Counted from the first letter of the stretch, positions 41,288 through 54,032 are shown. The stretch: 64,000 nt of DNA from Eledone cirrhosa (GCA_964016885.1 OZ024744.1:113894001-113958000); one strand, 5' to 3'. Made by a program: numbers and translations. The notes: generated from the letters alone by a model not told the origin.

Positions 41288-41598
41288 CAGCCATGAAGGG
41301 ATTTACTTTATTAGATCAACCCCAATAGTATTTTTTATGACTGGTACATATTTTATTGATCTTTTTATAAAACTGTGATGTCGCAGGATATAAACATAGC
41401 CACAAAGACACAAATATAAATAGCGTTGGACACACACACAAAAACACAGATCGAATACGTCCAGCAAATTCCACCCATAAGACATTGGTCAAGCCAGCCT
41501 GAGGCTATGGCAGAAGAAAGATACTTGCCCAAGGTACCAAACAGTAGAACTGAACATATTTAATTTTAAAATTACAAATGTACAGGTATATATATATG

Positions 41599-41634
<36 letters not shown>

Positions 41635-41639
41635 TACAT

Positions 41640-41707
41640 CTGTGAATTGAACTCACAACCTTTCGATTGCAAAGCCAATGCTCTAACCACTAAGCCATGT
41701 GCCTCCA
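41640..41707 (-). mobile_element. SINE S2 tRNA-like head only
   Basis: ggcacatggcttagtggttagagc...tgtgagttcaattc. Confidence 0.8.
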
Positions 41708-41741
41708 TATGTATATATATATATGATATATATATATATAT

Positions 41742-41830
41742 CGTTTCTGAATTTGTTTAGCAAGATTCTTTATCAACTGGTGCGTGTGTTTCTTATTGGC
41801 AACATGACCCTACCAAAGTATAACAATATA
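41742..41830 (+). mobile_element. Penelope tail fragment with a short inversion
   Basis: aactggtgcgtgtgtttcttattggcaacatgaccc module. The first ~33 bp are the reverse complement of the module's downstream part seen at ~58657-58690. Confidence 0.65.
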
Positions 41831-41876
41831 TATATATAAATATGTATGAATATATATATGTAAGTATATATATATG

Positions 41877-41911
<35 letters not shown>

Positions 41912-41924
41912 GTATATATATATA

Positions 41925-41963
<39 letters not shown>

Positions 41964-41967
<4 letters not shown>

Positions 41968-42203
41968 TCATCACCGTTTTACGTCCGTTCTTCCATGCTA
42001 GCATGGGTTAGACGGGTTGTCCTGTTGTGGGCAGTGTCTGGTCGGCTGACCATGCCTTGCTCATACAGGAACTGATTTTGGCTTGATTTCTACAGCTGGA
42101 TGCCCTTCCTAACACCAACCTCATTTACAGTGAGTGCTGGGTGCTTTTTTTCCGTGGCGCCTATACGTCCACTTTACAACGTGGGCTGGGTGCTTTTTTG
42201 CCA
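41964..42203 (-). mobile_element. RTE-type 3' tail
   Basis: Reverse complement of ~38010-38225. Confidence 0.85.
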
Positions 42204-42666
42204 ACAGGAAAGTGTTAAGTCTACATATGACAGAAATATGAGTAAGAAAAAGATAGGAAAATAGAAGAAAAGGAAAGAAGGAAAAAATGGAAAAAGAAAG
42301 AGAAGAGAGGAAAAAAGGAAAGAAGGAAGAGAGAGAAAGAGAGAGACTTTTGATCAGGAACGTTGTCAAAAGTTGTAAATAACGGTTAAAAAGTAAATTG
42401 ATGAGGTGTATGTGCGAATATTATAGATGGTATTCAAATATTAGAGGTCTAACATAAAGAAACTGGGTATATTATTTTATATTGGGTTTGAATACTAAAA
42501 AATTAGATTAAGAAGTGTAAAAGTGTATTAATAAAATAAAAATTAAATTAAATTAAAATAAGTATAAAAAAGGTTTAAAAAAAAAAAAATAGTCTATGTC
42601 AAAGTTAAAAATTTCTATTAAAAATCAATATATATGGGGTATACTATATATATATATATATATATA

Positions 42667-43562
42667 CTAGCAATAAAGCCCGGCGATATTCGAGGCTGCT
42701 CAGTAGCTGTGTTAAAGTTACAATGTTAAGTTCCTTTCTTGGCTTAAAAACTGTAGTGTCTACTGTGCAGACTTTCATGTGGTACTTTTGATTAATATTC
42801 CCTCAACCAACAGTATGCCTTATGAAGTTAAGAAAACATAGCCATAACCCGAATGTTAAAACAAAAGAGGATGTTGGGGATAAAAACTGCACTGGTAATC
42901 TATTAACAAAAATCGAAAATGTAAACACTGCAACACTTGTCTCAGAGAAAAACATCAGCGTAACCAAACTATCAGTTATTTTGAAACAAAGAAATTGGAT
43001 GGACATGAAAAACAAAAAAAAACAAAAATACGTTATCTGTCTGTTGTTTAAAATCATTGCTTCTAAATGAAAATCTCATAAGGCTTTATTCGAGGTCAAT
43101 GCATTTTTTACAAAATATTTGCTTGTTTTACGGTGTATTCAAATAGGCTTGGTTTCAAGTAAAAATATTGTTTTAAAAGACTTTTAAATGAAAATGAGGC
43201 AAAATGGAAGCTTCATGTTGAAACTTCGAACTCGTGAATTTTGCAAGTTAAAATTTTGCTGGCCCGAAAGTTGTTCGTATATTTTTGAACTTTTGCACGC
43301 ATCAGAATGACGCCATAAAAGGGAAATAACTCGTCTCTCATATCTATTTATACATTTGAACTGAAAAATCAATACATTACAAATTCGATTTTTGCACTTG
43401 GCATGGATCGATTTGAAATATTTTTTTTCCGATGTCTCTGCCGGACCTTCATCTATAAGTGTAGCATTTTCACAGAAATTTGAACGTACAGTTTAGGAGG
43501 AGATGTGTGCCGACCGTTTTAGTAGACAGACAGACATACAACCTCAGTTTTATATATATAGA
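42667..43562 (-). mobile_element. Non-autonomous Helitron 1
   Basis: 5' TCTATATATATAAAA with (CTGT)n near the 5' end; 3' GC-rich hairpin region then CTAG|T. Confidence 0.8.
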
Positions 43563-44067
43563 CTAGCAGAAAACCTCCCGGTGGAAGGTTTTCTGCTAGC
43601 AAATCTAGTGTATATACTGATATTGTTGAGATTTGGATGAGAAATGTTTTCGGCACCACATGTTCACCGTCTCTCGGTGTGTCTTTTATGCATGTATAAA
43701 TATATATGTTATCTATACGGTGAAATCTTTGAAATAAATATATGTTAAAACGAAAAAGGAGAAAAAGAGATTAGTGACGGAAATATAAACGTTATGATAC
43801 ATAAACGTTATGATATAACGATGGAAATATATCTTCAAATGGTCCTTGGCATGGTGTCAAGTCAGAACAGCCTCGAACTGGTTACTTCTGGCTTGTGCAA
43901 GGTGTCTCTATAGCAACCAGCGATTCCCTTGGCCTCAGTGACCAAAGTCAGTGGAGAGGGGAAGGTAATGTTTCTATAGCGACAGTGTTTCTCTTGGTAG
44001 TACCAAAGTGGAGAAAGGAAGGGGAAGGTAATATTTCTGTAGCACCTACATTTGAGTTTTAGGGAAG

Positions 44068-44109
<42 letters not shown>

Positions 44110-44127
44110 GAAATGCCCATATATTTC

Positions 44128-44160
<33 letters not shown>

Positions 44161-44790
44161 TACACACACAGAAATGTATATATATTTCTTAGAACAAAAT
44201 TATAATTAATGTTTTGCTGTTCATAACAATTGGAATTGAAAAATTACTTTTGAAATTATTAGTTATTTTACTAATGCTTAGATATGTAAAAAATGAAGCA
44301 ATGTTTCTAATAATTGTTTCTATTTTTGGCACAAGGCCAGCAATTACCCAGTACATTACTGGTACTTTATTTTATCGATCCCGTGAGGATGAAAGGCAAA
44401 GTTAACCTCGGCGGTATTTGAACTCAGACCGTAAAGGGACGTAACTCCATGCTATGAAGCATGGTGTCCGACTCTCTACAGATTCTGCCAATCCACCGCC
44501 CTAATGCCTGTACGCAATGAGGGAGTGAGAGGGGAGAGAAAGAAAGGCAGAGGTGAAGTGACGAAGTGACTCTCTCCTCTTCCTCCTCCTCCTCCTCCAT
44601 CTCCCCATTCGTCACAGCGATATAGGGGAGGAATGTTAGTGTGTTACAAAGAGAAAGAGTGAGAGTGAGAGAAACAGACAGACTAAAAGAGAGGGATAGC
44701 TGGAGAGAGAGAGATAGTAACCACGCGCGCACGTGTTTCCACTGTCGGACAGACAGACAGAGAAATTGCTGGTTATATATTATAAGGAGA
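43563..44790 (-). mobile_element. Non-autonomous Helitron 2 containing a nested S1 SINE (44308-44495)
   Basis: A|TCTCCTTATAATA 5' end, (CTGT)n, 3' hairpin and CTAG abutting the TC of Helitron 1. Confidence 0.72.
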
Positions 44791-45004
44791 TGAATATGTC
44801 ATTTATTTTGTCTGACCTGTTTAGCTTGACTTGTTTTTTTGGCTTGGGAGTTAATGGCTTCTTGACCGCCTTCTCAGTTTGTATAGCCTTTATAACTTAT
44901 GTTTATTGCACTGGTCCTTTTAGCCCATGGAGCGCTTGCCAGCATGACTCAGAAATTGTGTTGCGTTTTGCTTTTTCTACCCGCCGAAATACAATTCTCG
45001 CTGA

Positions 45005-45075
<71 letters not shown>

Positions 45076-45077
<2 letters not shown>

Positions 45078-45360
45078 CACATGGCTTAGTGGTTAGAGCA
45101 TTAGCCTTGCAATTGAAAGGTTGTGAGTTCAATTCTCAGACCGGGAGATGTGTTGTTTCCTTGAGCAAGACACTTTATTTCACATTGCTCCAGTTTACTA
45201 AGCTGTAGAAATGAGATGATAGCAACTGGGGTCCCTATCATTCCACTGCAAAGTGGACGGGCAAAAAAGCACCCACCACTCACTGTAAATGAGGTTGGTG
45301 TTAGGAAGGGCATCCAGCTGTAGAAATCAAGCCAGAATCAGTTCCCGTAAGCAGGGAAAA
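45076..45360 (+). mobile_element. tRNA-derived CORE-like SINE (S2) with RTE-shared tail
   Basis: A box tggcttagtgg, B box gagttcaattc, ccttgagcaagacactt core, and tail cactgtaaatgaggttggtgttaggaagggcatccagctgtagaa. Confidence 0.88.
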
Positions 45361-45397
45361 TATTATTATAAGATAAATACTTACAAAAAATATTTTA

Positions 45398-45405
45398 TAC
45401 ATATT

Positions 45406-45439
<34 letters not shown>

Positions 45440-45764
45440 CATACATATTTATATATATATACATATATATATATATATACACATACATATTTATATATAC
45501 ATACATATTTATATATACATACATATATATATATATACATACATATTTATATATATATACATACATATTTATATATATATACATACATATTTATATATAT
45601 ATACATACATATTTATATATATATATACATACATATTTATATATATATATATATATACATACATATTTATATATATACTTATATATATATACATATTTAT
45701 ATATATACACATATATATACATACATATTTACATATATATACATACATATTTATATATATGTAC

Positions 45765-45816
<52 letters not shown>

Positions 45817-45843
45817 ATATATATATATATGTGTGTATATATT
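45398..45843. repeat. Compound (TA/CA)n microsatellite
   Basis: Seen directly. Confidence 0.95.
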
Positions 45844-45844
45844 T

Positions 45845-46631
45845 ATGGAATAGAATGAAACGAAATTTCATTTCTCACTCTTAGTACGGCAGTAACTTAA
45901 ATGTAAGTATGCATGTATGTATACGTACATACATATATGTATAGACGTACAGTAGTATATATATATACATACATGCACACATATATATATATATGCACGT
46001 ATCGGTTTACTGAACATTTATTATAATGCTCGGTTTGTTTGTTTGTAAACAAACAAACATCCCGAATTACGCCGTACAGTGTTTAGGCAACCACGTCACC
46101 TTTTTGTTCAACACTGACACAGGAACGATGTACTAGTTTCAAGCTTATTAGCTATCGCCAGCATCGTATACCTTCCTGCCAGATGGTTGAACGTCTGAAA
46201 GTATATACTTTCCTTATGCATATTAACGGCTGAGCAGCCTAATTTGCATATCGAGTGAGTTTAGTTGGCTGGGCGCACCGAAAACGATAAATGGAATAGA
46301 ATGAAACGAAATTTCATTTCTCACTCTTAGTACAGCAGTTACTTAAATGTAAGTATGCATGTATGTATACATACATACATATATGTATACGAACGTACAG
46401 TAGTATGTATATATATACATACATGCACGTATCGGTTTACCGAACATTTATTATAATGCTTGGTTTGTTTGTTTGTAAACAAACAAACAGCCCAAATTAC
46501 GCCGTACAGTGTTTAGGCAACCATGTCACCATCGTTCCTGTGTCAGTGTTGAACAAAAAGGTGACGTGGTTGCCTAAACACTGTACGGCGTAATTCGGGC
46601 TGTTTGTTTGTTTACAAACAAACAAACCGAG
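45845..46631 (-). mobile_element. Non-coding hammerhead-bearing element, copy B (related to 8359-9135)
   Basis: Direct repeats at 45845-46100 and 46291-46530 (period ~446). 46530-46631 is the inverse of 46029-46130. It shares actca..tatgcaaattag.ctgc and aatttcgtttc with copy A. Confidence 0.72.
46125..46167 (-). ncRNA. Minimal type-I hammerhead motif (core variant CTGGCGA)
   Basis: acgatg-CTGGCGA-t-agct(aata)agct-t-GAAA-ctag-TA-catcgt. Confidence 0.68.
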
Positions 46632-47998
46632 GGTCATGTTGCCAATAAGAAACACACGCACCAGTTGCTTTCACTCCAATTTATTATAAATTAAATTTAT
46701 AAATTTCCGGTTGGTTGGTTGGTTCCATAACCGGACGGTTGTTCATATATTGTCAAAGTTCTTTCGTCACACATTCTGTGACCTCTTCAGTGACTGGGGA
46801 TTCTTTTCTTTGTTTTGTGCCTCTCCTTTGTTCTGTCCTACGCCATCTTGTTTTTGTGTGTGTTGTGTGCTTAGTTTGCGCATGTGTTACATCCGGCTGG
46901 CTGTGTGTTTATATTTGTTTATTTATTTGTTTATTTACATGTTACTGGTTGGTTGTTTGTTCTATGTGTGTGTTTTCATTTTGTCCTTAATTGTAAGTTG
47001 TGATGTTGCTGTTCCATTCATGTTTTCTATTTAATTTTGGTTGGAGTTCATTTATGTTTATTGCCTCTGTGATTTGTCTAACCATTGCGTCTTTTCTGTG
47101 TGTAGATTCTATTTTTATTTCTAATTTGCCCTTATGTTCTATTTGAGCATGTTGGTGGAGTATTGATGATTCTTTTTTTATCTTGAAGTTCTCGCCAGTA
47201 TTTATTTAACCGTTCTCCTATACTGCGAGCTGTCTCATCTATGTACACTATATTCTTATCTTTACATTGTCCTTCAGTACATCTTATGCTATATACTACA
47301 TTTCTAGTTTTACAGTTTAGTTTACAGATTATGCATTTCTTATCTATACAGGGAGGTCTTTGAAAAGGGTATGTATTGCTAATAAGTGTTTTTATGGAGG
47401 TACCTGGTCTTTCTACTATCTTAATATTAAGTTTAAGTTTATCTAGGGTCCTTCTAAATTTGTAAGCTAATTCACCTCTAGGGGTTGTATTGATGAACAT
47501 TACACTCTGGTATTTATTGCTATCATACCATGAGTTTATTCTATTAATTTTATTCCGAGTTCTTTCTATTCTATTTTAAAATTTGCTCCTATACAAGGGG
47601 CAGGTCCCATTTGTATCATTATTTACCATTTGTTCCCATTTGGTTCTGGCTCCGCTATATACTCTCATTTTATCTCTCTAATTGTAACCAGAGAACTGCA
47701 TACGGTGGATGAAGTGTTGTATGTGTCTCTCTAGTTCTTTGGGGTTGCAAATGCGGGACACGTTTCTGATCACCCGTACCAAATCCGCAATCAGTATGTT
47801 GATTTTGGTGTGATCTGAAACAGCTGAGTTTCGGTGGATCAGATATTTGGAAGTCATGGGTTTGGCATAATTTAGAAGGGCCCTAGATAAACTTAAACTT
47901 AATATTAAGATAGTAGAAAGACCAGGTACCTCCATAAAAACACTTATTAGCAAGACATACCCTTTCCAAAGACCTCTCTGTATAGATAAGAAATGCAT
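46632..47998 (-). mobile_element. Penelope-like element, 5'-truncated with a 5' inverted duplication
   Basis: KP...LIHRNS thumb region, SGY, C...C.IC, C.TRNVVY.I.C...YI.ET.R.IGERL (GIY-YIG). 47869-47998 is the inverse of ~47330-47460. Confidence 0.88.
46752..46794 (-). ncRNA. Minimal type-I hammerhead ribozyme motif with intact core
   Basis: gtca-CTGAAGA-g-gtcaca(gaatg)tgtgac-GAAA-gaac-TT-tgac. Confidence 0.8.
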
Positions 47999-48055
47999 AT
48001 ATACATATATATATATATATATATACATATATATATACATATATATATATACATG

Positions 48056-48392
48056 GAGGCTCATGGCTTAGTGGTTAGAGCATTGGCCTTGCAATCGAAA
48101 GGTTGTGAGTTCAATTCTCAGACCGGGTGATGTGTTGTTTCCATGAGCAAGACACTTAATTTTACATTGCTCCAGTTTACTCAGCTGTAAAAATGAGATG
48201 ATAGGGACTGGGGTCCCTATCATTCCACTGCAAAGTGGTCGTGGAGGTGCCACGGCAAAAAAGCACCCAGCACTCACTGTAAATGAGGTTGGTGTTAGGA
48301 AGGGCATCCAGCTGTAGAAATCAAGCCAGATTCAGTTCCCGTCCCACCCTTGCAAGCAGGGAAAAGTGGATGTAAAATGAAATGAATGAAAT
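48056..48392 (+). mobile_element. SINE S2, full length
   Basis: As 45076-45360, plus an (AATGA)n tail. Confidence 0.9.
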
Positions 48393-48395
48393 GAA

Positions 48396-49863
<1,468 letters not shown>

Positions 49864-50163
49864 CCTACGGTAGTAGGTGTATAATATTCTTAAGGTCCCA
49901 TTTTGGTCACTCGCGACACCTTCAAAGCTTTGTCACTAATTTAATTTTTGATAGAATTGGATGCGGTTTTCTGCACTTTATAGGACGACAGATAAGCTAC
50001 TTTTTGACATAAAAATATTGAAATTTGGTTCAGTAGAAAAAAAGTTACATAAAAATAAGTGAGGACCAAAAGAGTGTAAGGAACTACATACATAAGTAAC
50101 GCTTAGTTTGTTTCTAATTTCTAGTACATTAAAATAGTGATAGATTGTGCAATAGTGAATTGT

Positions 50164-50236
50164 GGTCAGGTAGCTCAGTCGGTAGAGCAGCGGACCGGCA
50201 ATCCGAAGGTCGTGGGTTTGATTCCCACTCTGATTA
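50164..50236 (+). pseudogene. tRNA-like sequence (pseudo-tRNA, anticodon position GGC)
   Basis: Cloverleaf with a canonical D arm, but C at position 33, TTTGA instead of TTCGA, three G-T pairs in the acceptor stem and a mismatch in the anticodon stem. Confidence 0.7.
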
Positions 50237-50277
50237 CTTTTCCTATCTGCACTTCTTCCTATTTATTATTATTTATT

Positions 50278-51383
50278 ACCTAGAAAAGTAAAGGACAAGT
50301 TATTACACCTGGAAAAGTAAAGGACAAGAAAACTTCTTAAAACTTCTTAAAATATTGCAGCTAAAGTCTAAATTTGAAAAAAAATATTTAGATTATAAAA
50401 CTAAAAATAAATAATTATAAGTTAATTGTTAAAAAAATATCACTTTAAAGGACTGGAAAAATGACTCTCTTATAGGCAGAGTTGACTACTGTATACTTAA
50501 TTTTTTTCTTGGTGTATACAAATTAATCTTTTTAAAATAAAATTTGTACAATAATTTGTACAATAATTAATTAATAATAATAATAATTAATATGTACAAT
50601 TTATTAATTTATGTTATAAGATATTTTTAAATTTTCACTCTTAATCAAATTATATTTTTAAAAATTTAGTTATAAAATAATGCAGTAAAATAAGTCAAAA
50701 ACAGTGCATCATATAATTGCACTTTTTATGAGTATTACAGATTTTTTTAAATAATATAGTAAAATTCAACATCTCAAGGGGCAAAATTAGGTAAAAGTCA
50801 ATTCATCAATTATTCATTTATAGTGAATCAATCAATTATAGTGAATTCATCAATTCATTAGATGAACTGTTGAATTAGACAATGTTTAATTTTTAATTGT
50901 AGTCTAATTTTACTCTACCTAAAAATGTAGATTGGTTATTTTGATCTCTGACAGGTCTTAAATTTCATTATTAAACAATTATAATTTGTTATTATTTATC
51001 ATTACAGTTGGCTCCCTAATTAATTATTAATTAATTGTTAGTGTCATTTACACGCCAAAATTTTGTTTTATTTGATGTTTATAATTGTCACTCATTTTTT
51101 CAGTCCCATTTAGTAAAGTAAAATAAAGTATATTTATTTAATGACCCAACCACTATGGTGTAAATTAGGATCACAAAATTAAATAAATGATCATAAATTA
51201 GTATTATTATCAATTAGAGAGTCAACAGTATTATTAGAATTTATCACTTTCTATGTATATTTAAATCAAATATTTTTTATTATTCAAATTTATACTATAG
51301 CTGCAATATTTTAAGAAGTTTTAAGAAGTTTTCTTGTCCTTTACTTTTCCAGGTGTAATAACTTGTCCTTTACTTTTCTAGGT
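50278..51383. mobile_element. 1.1-kb non-autonomous DNA transposon with perfect 86-bp TIRs
   Basis: 50278-50363 is the exact reverse complement of 51298-51383. TTATT lies on both flanks. Confidence 0.85.
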
Positions 51384-51457
51384 TTATTAATTTAAGAATA
51401 TTTCTTTACATGCGCCCGCATTTTCCCCTGTAATATATATATATATATACATATATG

Positions 51458-51774
51458 TAGAAGTTATATTTAAATTGTTGGGACACAACAAGCAAATATT
51501 TTTATAACTGATATAAAGCACTCAACAAATTATTGGAGTAAAAATACGATATATTAACAAATGGAAACTATATTTATAAAACCATATTTATTTCATTATA
51601 CATATTTCAAGGACACCAAGTCAAATTATGGTGCGCTTTCATCATGATCTGTATTATATTTTATCTGATGAAAGCGCACCATAATTTGACTTGGTGTCCT
51701 TGAAATATGTATAATGAAATAAATGAGATAAATATGGTTTTATAAATATAGTTTCCATTTGTTAATATATCGTA
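51458..51774. mobile_element. Fold-back Penelope-like terminal repeat (arms ~51546-51648 / 51662-51774)
   Basis: Inverted repeat containing a hammerhead; related to 60955-61356. Confidence 0.7.
51657..51721 (+). ncRNA. Type-I hammerhead ribozyme motif
   Basis: tattttat-CTGATGA-aag.gcacca(loop)tggtgt.ctt-GAAA-tatgta-TA-atgaaata. Confidence 0.75.
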
Positions 51775-51835
51775 TATACATATATATATACATATATATA
51801 TATATATACATACATATATATACATATATATATAC

Positions 51836-53943
51836 GAATAAATGGGAGAAAGACAGTCTCCCCCATATCGACCCAATAGAGGGACCAGCAGTGTTAGTCG
51901 AGGGGAGTATAATAAGTAAGGCAATCAAGGATATGAAGACGGGTAAGGCGGCTGGGCCTTCGGAAATAGTTGCTGAGATGCTGAAGGCATCTGGCACGGT
52001 GGGACACACCATGGTCACCCGCATAGTTAACCAAGTCGTACAGAATGGGGTTGTTCTGAAGGACTGGCATAGCAGCATCATCGTTAACTGTTATAAGGGT
52101 AAAGGAGACGCCCTAGATAGGAGTAATTATAGAGGCATTAAATTAATCGACCAGGTCATGAAGGTCACGGAAAAAGTAATAGCGCAACTAATCAGAGAGA
52201 GAATTGACCTAGATGAAATGCGGTTCGGGTTTGTGTCAGGCAAAAGTACCACAGACGCTCTTTTCATTGTACGACAACTACAGGAGAAGTACCTAGCTAA
52301 AGGTAAACCCCTCTACTTAGCTTTTGTCGACTTGGAGAAAGCCTTCGACAGAGTCCCCCGTTCCATTATCTGGTGGGCTCTTAGAAAACTAGGCGTTGAC
52401 GAATGGCTTGTGAGGGCTATACAAGCCATGTATAAAGAAACAGTCAGCAAGGTTAGAATTAACAACGAATATAGTGAAGAGTTTAGCGTAAAAGTTGGCG
52501 TCCATCAGGGCTCTGTTCTCAGCCCCCTACTATTTATTATTGCCCTTCAGGCAATAACAGAGGAGTTCAAGACCGGCTGCCCATGGGAACTCCTATACGC
52601 AGACGACCTGACACTCATAGCGGAATCAATGGCCGAGCTAGAGAAGAAATTCGAAACATGGAAGCACGGCCTAGAATCAAAAGGACTTAAAATTAACCTG
52701 GCTAAGACTAAAGTTCTAGTTTGTATGAAAGAAAACAAGGCGGCGGTCCCTTCTGGGAAATGGTCGTGCTCGGTGTGTAGGAAAGGCGTAGGTAGAAACT
52801 CCATTTTATGTCCTAAATGCAAAGTATGGGTGCATAAAAGATGTAGTGGGATCACAGGTAAGCTAACTAAGAACATAGATTTTACATGTGGCCGATGCTC
52901 TGGTGCAATAAGTAGCAGCAAGTGCCCACAAAATACTAGCTCTTTCAATTGCGCAGAGGGTTCTATAGAAATAGTGGACAGCTTCCGTTACCTGGGCGAT
53001 AAAATCAGCAGTGGGGGAGGGTGCTCTGAAAGTACAGTAGCTAGAGTCAGAACTGGTTGGAAAAAGTTCAGAGAGCTTATACCACTATTAGCTGCTAAAG
53101 GGTTCTCCCTAAAAATGAAAGGCAGGTTGTACGATGCCTGCATACGAACAGCAATGTTGCGTGGCAGTGAGATCTGGGCATTGTGTGCAGAGGATATACG
53201 CAGACTAGAGAGGAACGAAGCTTGCATGCTCCGCTGGATGTGTAACAGTAATATACGTGAACGGCAAAGCATAAACGAACAAAGGAAAAAATTAGAAATA
53301 AGAGGGATCAGATGTTGTTTACTCGAGAGAAGGCTACGTTGGTATGGACACGTGATGCGCATGAAAGTCGATAGCTGTATAACAAAGTGCAGGGCAATAA
53401 AGATAGACGGTAGCCACGGAATAGGCAGACCTAGAAAAACCTGGGACGAGCTGATAAACTCCGACCTCACACACTTACACCTCACCAAGACAATGTCACT
53501 GGACCGAGACCTTTGGCGGTACTCAGTAACAGAGAAGACCCGCCTTACCTAAATACATAGTAAAACCTACTACAGCCAGTAGGCATCTCTAACAAAATAC
53601 ACCCCGTCCCACCACCACCACCCCATCCACACCACCCCGTTCTATGTAAAGTTATGTTGGTGCCGCGCCATCGAGGCCGAAACAAATGAGATCGTGTAGG
53701 TGTCACGACAAAAAAACACACAGTCCACGCTGTAATGTGGCCGTGTAGGCAACATGGTAAAAACCTCCCAGATCCACACTGTAAATGTGGTTGGTGTTAG
53801 GAAGGGCATCCAACTGTAGAAAACCTGCCAGACAGTCCTATGCGAGCAAGACAATCACTCTTGCCTCAAGTGGGACTACCCCCGTCCAAACCCATGCAAG
53901 CGTGGAACACGGATGTTAAACGTTGATGATGATGATGATGATG
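51836..53943 (+). mobile_element. Young RTE/BovB-like LINE, 5'-truncated, with an uninterrupted ~570-codon RT/PHD/C-terminal frame
   Basis: NYRGIKL, DLEKAFD, GVHQGSVLSP, YADD, C4HC3 cluster, RLRWYGHV, GRPRKTW; stop at 53552; 3' UTR; (GAT)n tail. Confidence 0.96.
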
Positions 53944-53971
53944 ATATATATACACACATATATATATATAT

Positions 53972-54032
<61 letters not shown>

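Larger units (their letters stand above)
49857..51432 (-). mobile_element. Possible Helentron-type non-autonomous element hosting a tRNA-like sequence and a nested TIR element
   Basis: 11-bp subterminal inverted repeats aatattcttaa (~49884) and ttaagaatatt (~51392). A terminal hairpin acctac...gtaggt lies next to one of them. Flanked by TA tracts. Confidence 0.45.

Noticed and set aside
50164-50236. Functional tRNA-Ala(GGC)
   Set aside because: Lacks U33 and the TTC of the T loop, and the stems are weak.
50364-51297. Mitochondrial insertion (NUMT)
   Set aside because: Very AT-rich, but no recognisable mitochondrial gene, and it is bounded by TIRs.
51759-51835. N-terminus of the 597-aa ORF as a real start
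   Set aside because: It is microsatellite read-through. The LINE is 5'-truncated and lacks its endonuclease.
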